A stretch of DNA of 64,000 nucleotides from Armatimonadota bacterium (GTDB taxonomy: Bacteria > Armatimonadota > SYMT01). Positions 58,546 to 64,000 of the stretch are shown here, piece by piece. The stretch's first letter is position 1. Each line of letters starts with the position of its first letter. The stretch covers positions 928,001-992,000 of the forward strand of contig JAWLHY010000003.1 in the NCBI GenBank assembly GCA_041690135.1, given 5' to 3'. The notes under the pieces are model-generated. The model was not told the origin of the DNA. It did not search any database and saw only the letters and a program-made list of their open reading frames with translations. The position numbers and the translations under genes are program-made.

Positions 58546-61365
58546 ATGTTGGTTCGAAGCTTATTCGGCATCGCTGCGATGCTGGCGGCGACTTCCGGTC
58601 CCGCTCTGGCCGCGCCCGCAAAGGGGCAGGCGGCGGCTCCCACGCTGGTGGTGCTTCCCGCTTCCGTCACACTGACGGGCCCCAAGGCCACGCAGCGGTT
58701 GGTGGTGGAAGCCCGGCGCGAGGCTTACGCGGGAGACCTCACGGCGAAGGCGAAGTTCGTCTCTTCCAATCCCCGCGTGGCCGTGGTGGACGCGGGAGGA
58801 CGAGTGCGGCCCGTCTCGGACGGCGTGGCGACCGTCACCGCCCTGGTTAATGGGAAGAAGGCGTTCGCGACCGTGCGGGTCCGGGACAGCCGTAAGCCCT
58901 GGACCTGGAGCTTCACCAACCACGTCCAGCCGGTCCTCACCAAAACGGGCTGTAATTCGGGCGCCTGCCACGGCGCTTCCGCGGGCAAGGGCGGCCTCAA
59001 GCTGACGCTGCGGGGCTACGATCCCAATGCCGACCACTCCGCCCTCACCCGGCAGGTGCTCGGTCGACGAGTCGTGCCCTCGGTGCCGGCCCAGAGCCTG
59101 ATCCTCCAGAAGCCGGTGATGGCGGTGGCGCACGGTGGCGGGATGCGCTTCAAGCCGAACTCCGCGGAGTACGGCATCATCGCTCAGTGGATCGCGGCGG
59201 GCTCGCCCTCTCCCACCGGCAAAGAGCCGGAGATCCAGCGGTTGGAAGTGCTTCCCGCCGAGGCCCTCCTACGGCCGGGGCTGGAGCAGCAGGTGGTGGT
59301 GCGCGCCCACTTCTCCGATGGCCACGCGGAAGACGTGACCCGCTGGGTGAAGTACGGTACCAGCGACGAGGGGGTGGCTGCTGTCGATGACGAGGGGAAG
59401 ATCACCGTCAAAGGGCACGGCGAGGCGGCGATCACGCTCTGGTACCTGAACAAGGTCGCCTTCGCCCGCATCGTTTCCCCCTTCGCAACCCCCGTGCCGA
59501 AAGAACGTTTTGCGAAGGGTCCGCGCGCCAACTTCATCGACGACCTGGTTCTGCGCAAGCTCCAGGCCCTCAACATCCCGCCCGCCGGACCCGCCAGCGA
59601 CGCCGAGTTCATCCGCCGCGCCTACCTCGACGCCGCCGGGATCCTGCCCACTGCTGGAGAAACCCGGGCGTTCCTGGCGGAGTGTGCTGATGGTGAAGGG
59701 GCCAGGGGCCAGGGGTCGGGGACCGGGGAGCTTGTTGCACAGGACAGGTACGGTTTGGCGGAACGCAAGGGAGCTAGGGAGAAGGGGGCAGGTGGGTCTG
59801 CTGGGCAGGGCAGGTACGGTTTGGGAGAGCGCAGAGGGCCAAGGGAGAAGGGGGCAGGGGAACCTGGTGACCAGAACGGGTATGGTTTGGCGGAGCGCCA
59901 GGGATCATGGGGGCGGGGAGCCTGGGAGAGTTACGCTTCGCGGACCGCAGCGGCTTCTGATTCGCGGGGTTCGGGTTACGCAATACGCAATTCGCATTAC
60001 GCACCGGATGCCCGAGGCAACCGTGTCGAACCCACAACTACGGCCAGCGCTCGAGCTCGCAAGCGCCTGATAGACCGCCTCCTCTCCCGCCCCGAGTTCA
60101 CGGACTACTGGGCCTACAAGTGGTCGGACCTGCTGCTGGTTTCGTCGCGAAAGCTCCCCTCGCGTGGGATGTGGTCCTTCTACGGCTGGATCCGCGAGAG
60201 TGTCGCCGCCAACAAGGGCTGGGACCGGTTCGCGCGGGAGATCCTGACGGCCTCGGGGAGCACCCTCCAGAACGGGGCGGCCAACTACTTCGTCCTCCAC
60301 AAGGACCCGATCGACGTCACGGAGACGACCACCCAGGCGTTCCTGGGGATGTCGCTGACCTGCGCCCGGTGCCACAACCACCCGTTGGAGAAGTGGACGC
60401 TCAACGATTACTACGGGATGGCCAACCTCTTCGCGCGGGTCCGGCTGAAGAACGGGGAACTGGCCGGAGAGACGCTGGTCTTCGCCTCGGACAGCGGCGA
60501 CGTGAACCACCTGGTGACCGGCGCACCCGTGCCGCCGCGTCCCCTGGACGGAACGCCGATGGGCCTGGAAGACGCTTCGGACCGGCGGGCCCGTCTCGCC
60601 GAGTGGATGACCTCGCCGCGGAACCCCTACTTTGCGCGGGCGCTGGTCAACCGCGTGTGGCGGAACTTCATGGGCCGGGGCCTGGTGGAAGCCGAGGACG
60701 ACCTGCGGTTGACGAACCCGCCCTCCAACGAGGCGCTCCTCACGGCGCTCTCGGAAGATTTCGTGAAGCACGGGTTCGATGTCCGGCACCTGGTCCGCAC
60801 GATCATGACTTCCGCGGCTTACCAGCGGTCGTCGGTGCCGGTCCCCGGCAGCCCCGCGGACGCGAAGTACTACTCGACCTACATCCCGCGCCGCCTCCCC
60901 GCCGAGGTGCTGCTCGACGCGATCTCGCAGGTGGCCGGCGTGCCGACCGCGTTCCCCGGCTATCCGGCAGGCACGCGCGCGCTCCAGTTACCGGACTCTC
61001 AGGTCGCGTCCAGCTTTCTCAATACCTTCGGACGCCCCCAGCGGGTGCAGACCTGCTCGTGCGAGCGCCAGGAAGAGCCGAGCGTGGCCCAGGCGCTCCA
61101 CCTCAGCAACGGGGACACCATCAACGAGAAGCTGCGCGCCAAAGGGGGAACGGTCGAGAAGCTGATGGCGGAGAAGCTCACGAACCAGGCGCTGTTGGAG
61201 CGGATCTATCTCCTGGCGCTCTCCCGCCCGCCGACCATGGTGGAACGGAAGCGAGTCCTCGCCGCCATGGCGCAGTTCCCACCGGACGGCCCGGCCCGCC
61301 GCGAGGCCGTCGAGGACCTCTTCTCGGCGATGTTGACGACCAAGGAGTTCCTGTTCAACCACTGA
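58546..61365 (+). CDS. DUF1549/DUF1553 protein with Ig-like domains and haem-binding-like motifs
   Basis: GCNSGACHG, FIRRAYLD, CARCHNHP, NRVW..GRGLV, NPPSNEALL, EFLFNH. Confidence 0.92.
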   Translation: MLVRSLFGIAAMLAATSGPALAAPAKGQAAAPTLVVLPASVTLTGPKATQRLVVEARREAYAGDLTAKAKFVSSNPRVAVVDAGGRVRPVSDGVATVTALVNGKKAFATVRVRDSRKPWTWSFTNHVQPVLTKTGCNSGACHGASAGKGGLKLTLRGYDPNADHSALTRQVLGRRVVPSVPAQSLILQKPVMAVAHGGGMRFKPNSAEYGIIAQWIAAGSPSPTGKEPEIQRLEVLPAEALLRPGLEQQVVVRAHFSDGHAEDVTRWVKYGTSDEGVAAVDDEGKITVKGHGEAAITLWYLNKVAFARIVSPFATPVPKERFAKGPRANFIDDLVLRKLQALNIPPAGPASDAEFIRRAYLDAAGILPTAGETRAFLAECADGEGARGQGSGTGELVAQDRYGLAERKGAREKGAGGSAGQGRYGLGERRGPREKGAGEPGDQNGYGLAERQGSWGRGAWESYASRTAAASDSRGSGYAIRNSHYAPDARGNRVEPTTTASARARKRLIDRLLSRPEFTDYWAYKWSDLLLVSSRKLPSRGMWSFYGWIRESVAANKGWDRFAREILTASGSTLQNGAANYFVLHKDPIDVTETTTQAFLGMSLTCARCHNHPLEKWTLNDYYGMANLFARVRLKNGELAGETLVFASDSGDVNHLVTGAPVPPRPLDGTPMGLEDASDRRARLAEWMTSPRNPYFARALVNRVWRNFMGRGLVEAEDDLRLTNPPSNEALLTALSEDFVKHGFDVRHLVRTIMTSAAYQRSSVPVPGSPADAKYYSTYIPRRLPAEVLLDAISQVAGVPTAFPGYPAGTRALQLPDSQVASSFLNTFGRPQRVQTCSCERQEEPSVAQALHLSNGDTINEKLRAKGGTVEKLMAEKLTNQALLERIYLLALSRPPTMVERKRVLAAMAQFPPDGPARREAVEDLFSAMLTTKEFLFNH
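59740..59930 (+). repeat. 66-nt tandem repeat x3 inside the DUF1549 domain
   Basis: Units start at 59740, 59806 and 59872 (Q..YGL.ER.G..EKGAG). Confidence 0.85.
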
Positions 61366-61560
61366 TGTGAGGGGAAGATTGAAGATTGGCAAGTTGAATG
61401 TGGAAAGTTGAGGCCCCTGGAGAGCCAAGAGTTGGCGGCTGTTGGACAAGAAAATGAGCCGGCTATCTAGTACACGGAGTCCGCGGAGGCGGACTTCGCG
61501 CCGTTCCAGCTTGCGACTTCAGTCGCCTTTACAAGGTTACGGACGGGAAGTGACACAGCC

Positions 61561-62556
61561 ATGTTGAACCGGGCCGCTTTCCTGGGTGGGCTGTTCTGCC
61601 TGGCCGGCACTGTCGTCGGGCCGGTGTTCACGGCGGAGCCTGGAGTTCGGGCCGCTGCGAAGGTGTCGAGCCCTCGGCCGGCGGTGGCGTTTAGCCCAGA
61701 CGGCAAGACCCTGGCCCTGGGTGGATACCGCACGGTGGACCTGATCGACGCGCACACGGGCAAGGTGACCGCAACTTTCGGAGGGTCTCCGGGAGCGGTG
61801 ACTTCGGTCGCCTTCAGCCCGGACGGAAAGCTCCTGGCAGCGGCGGGTGGGGTTCCGGGACGTTCGGGGGAGATCCGGCTCTGGTCGCTGGCGGACCGCA
61901 AACCGCGGGTGCTTTCCGGACTGCATAGCGACGCCGTCTATTCCCTCGCCTGGAGCCCGGACGGCAAGACCCTGGCGGCCGGCAGTTACGACCGGATGGT
62001 CTCGCTGTGGGACGTGGCGTCCGGGAAGGGGCGGAAGCTGAAGGACCACACCGATGCCGTCTACTCCGTCGCGTTCAGTCCGGATGGGAAGCAGATAGCC
62101 TCGGCCTCTGGGGACCGGACGGTGAAGGTCTGGGACGTCGCCGGCGGGAAGCGGGTCTACACCCTCAGCGATGCCACCGCGGAACTCTACTCCGTCGCCT
62201 ACCACCCTTCCGGAAAGGAGATCGCGGCGGTGGGGGTGGACAAAATGCTCCGCAAGTGGCGCGTCAACCCGACGAGCGGCGAGCTGAGCCGCTCCGCATT
62301 CGCTCACGACGGCCCGGTCGTGCGGGTGATCTACACCCCGGACGGCGGCGGGGTATTCACTTCTTCGGAAGACCGCTCCCTCAAGCTCTGGGACTCGCTC
62401 ACCCTGACCGAGCGGAAGGTCTTTGAAAAGCAGCCCGATTGGGCGCTGGGGCTGGCCCTGAGCCCGGACGGCAAATCCCTGGCGGTGAGCCGCTATGATG
62501 GGTCGGTGGCGGTCTACGATGCCGCAACCGGCGAGAAGCGCCTGATCCGGCGCTAA
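61561..62556 (+). CDS. Exported WD40-repeat protein
   Basis: Signal peptide and 7 AFSPDG/WD repeats. Confidence 0.92.
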   Translation: MLNRAAFLGGLFCLAGTVVGPVFTAEPGVRAAAKVSSPRPAVAFSPDGKTLALGGYRTVDLIDAHTGKVTATFGGSPGAVTSVAFSPDGKLLAAAGGVPGRSGEIRLWSLADRKPRVLSGLHSDAVYSLAWSPDGKTLAAGSYDRMVSLWDVASGKGRKLKDHTDAVYSVAFSPDGKQIASASGDRTVKVWDVAGGKRVYTLSDATAELYSVAYHPSGKEIAAVGVDKMLRKWRVNPTSGELSRSAFAHDGPVVRVIYTPDGGGVFTSSEDRSLKLWDSLTLTERKVFEKQPDWALGLALSPDGKSLAVSRYDGSVAVYDAATGEKRLIRR

Positions 62557-62581
62557 CCGCAGCACGTTGAAGGACTCCCCT

Positions 62582-63325
62582 GTGCCTGTACGTGACCACT
62601 TTCATTCACCCATTAGCGAAGCCGCCGGCTGGGAGGAGATCCATACCCAGTGGATCGCCAACCTGACGCGTAATCTGAACCGTGAGTGGCTCCCGGAGGG
62701 TTACCGCGCCGCGCCGGAACGGTCTTTCGGTCCCGAAATCCAGGTGGATGTGGGAGTGGTGCGTGAGCCGCAGGCGGTCTACGCGGCGCACCTGGGGCGG
62801 GAGGAGCGGCTCTCCGCGTATGAGGTTCCTCCGCCGAATGCCTCGGTGGCCGGTGCCACAGGTCCGTACGCGCGGGTCATGATTGGAAATGCCTCCGGAC
62901 GCCTGGTTGCCGTCGTGGAGTTGGTCAGCCCTGGAAACAAGGACGACTGGCCGGCCCGGAATGCCTTTACCGGAAAGCTGGAGAGTTACCTGCGCGCCGG
63001 GGTATCGGTCGCGGTGGTGGACCTGGTCACCAGTCGACACCATAACCTGCACAACCACTGGGCCGGTCTTTACGGCGGAAAGGAGACGCCGCAGTTTGCG
63101 GAGGAAGGTGACGGCCGCCTGTATGCGGTGGCCTACCACCCCTACGTGGACGTGGTCCGGGGTACGGAGACGCCCCGGCTCGACCTCTGGCTCCGGCCGG
63201 TCCGGCTGGGAGCGGAGCTTCCGGTCCTGCCGCTGTTCATCGAGCGCGGCCTGGCGGTGCCGCTCGAGCTGGAGAAGACCTATACGGAAACCTGTGCGGA
63301 TCTGCGCCTGCCGGCTGCCGCATGA
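62582..63325 (+). CDS. DUF4058 family protein
   Basis: PVRDHF..WEEIH..W, VELVSPGNKD, GVS..VDLVT, LP.LPL..LE.TY..C. Confidence 0.85.
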   Translation: MPVRDHFHSPISEAAGWEEIHTQWIANLTRNLNREWLPEGYRAAPERSFGPEIQVDVGVVREPQAVYAAHLGREERLSAYEVPPPNASVAGATGPYARVMIGNASGRLVAVVELVSPGNKDDWPARNAFTGKLESYLRAGVSVAVVDLVTSRHHNLHNHWAGLYGGKETPQFAEEGDGRLYAVAYHPYVDVVRGTETPRLDLWLRPVRLGAELPVLPLFIERGLAVPLELEKTYTETCADLRLPAAA

Positions 63326-63344
63326 CTACCCAACCGTCCCCTCT

Positions 63345-63396
63345 CGGGCGACTGAAGTCGCAGGCTGAAAAGGTGCCAAGTCGGCCTTCGCCGACT
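63345..63396. repeat. REP-like double hairpin
   Basis: GCGACTGAAGTCGC and AGTCGGCCTTCGCCGACT. Confidence 0.55.
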
Positions 63397-63477
63397 CGCG
63401 AATTACGGCGCAAACCTTGGATCGTTGGCCCTAGCCAACGGAACTTCGATGAGTGCTTCTTGAGGAATAGCGGATCC

Positions 63478-64000
63478 ATGTCGCACCGTAGCCTACTCCT
63501 GGCTCTGATTCTTGTAACGCCGGCCGCGGCACAGGGCCCCACGTTGGTTCCGGCTACGCTGCGGAACGTGAGCCCCGCCGGGGTGGCGCGCGGGCAGACC
63601 GTGACCCTCACGCTGGACGGGATCAACCTGCGCGAGGCGGAACGGGCGGTCTTCGACGACCCGGCGATCACCGGCACCTGCGCCCCGGGCGCCAACGCGA
63701 ACCAGGTGAAGGTGACGGCACGGATCGGCGAGCAAGTGAGGCCGGGCATCCATCGCGTCCATCTGGAAACGCCCCTGGGCACCACCGGTTCGGTGACGTT
63801 CGCCGTGGGAGCCTGGCCGGAGAAGGCGGAGCAGGAGCCGAACGACGCCGCTGCGGCCGGAGGCATTCAGCCACTGCCGGCGACCTTCACCGGGGTCCTC
63901 AACCGGGTGGGGGACGCGGACTGCTTCCGCTTCCGCGCGGAAGCGGGGCAGGAACTGGTGTTCGAGGTGCTGGCGGGGCAGATTCGCTCCCGGCTCAATG
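63478..64000 (+). CDS. Exported PPC-domain (pre-peptidase C-terminal) protein, runs off the window
   Basis: Manual translation: signal, SPAGVARGQTVTLTLDG.NL, EQEPND, GDADCFRFRAEAGQELVFEV. Confidence 0.85.
   Translation, partial: MSHRSLLLALILVTPAAAQGPTLVPATLRNVSPAGVARGQTVTLTLDGINLREAERAVFDDPAITGTCAPGANANQVKVTARIGEQVRPGIHRVHLETPLGTTGSVTFAVGAWPEKAEQEPNDAAAAGGIQPLPATFTGVLNRVGDADCFRFRAEAGQELVFEVLAGQIRSRLN

Noticed and set aside
59680-60055. Intein in the DUF1549 protein
   Set aside because: No terminal His-Asn followed by C/S/T; sequence is low-complexity.

Overview
High-GC bacterial chromosomal segment. The gene content (DUF1501/DUF1549/DUF1553 cluster, DUF4058, Uma2, PQQ-like propeller, rplS-lepB-rnhB) suggests an Armatimonadota- or Planctomycetota-like organism; this is inference only. 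About 55 credible CDSs are present, including housekeeping genes (recQ, pncB, secG, rplS, lepB, rnhB, ruvC, phoU, prc, sugE/gdx, Hsp20), many enzymes and several signalling proteins. I saw no rRNA, tRNA, CRISPR array or intact transposase. Main observations: (1) a signalling locus with a membrane-anchored FHA protein carrying about 16 D-D-A-F-A-T-R-A-R motifs, divergent from a Ser/Thr kinase-14xWD40 gene and a CHASE2 adenylate cyclase, with an atypical Hsp70 nearby; (2) a 20-nt element seen in both filled and empty state at TCG^CTGTC sites inside REP hairpins; (3) a low-GC two-gene cassette encoding an RNase H/RuvC-like small protein and a Ser/Thr kinase; (4) a ~280-nt intergenic region with strand-consistent G-U pairs that looks like an unnamed structured RNA; (5) many short-period repeats and REP-like elements, several of them inside coding frames. 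All calls come from reading motifs by eye; no searches were run.
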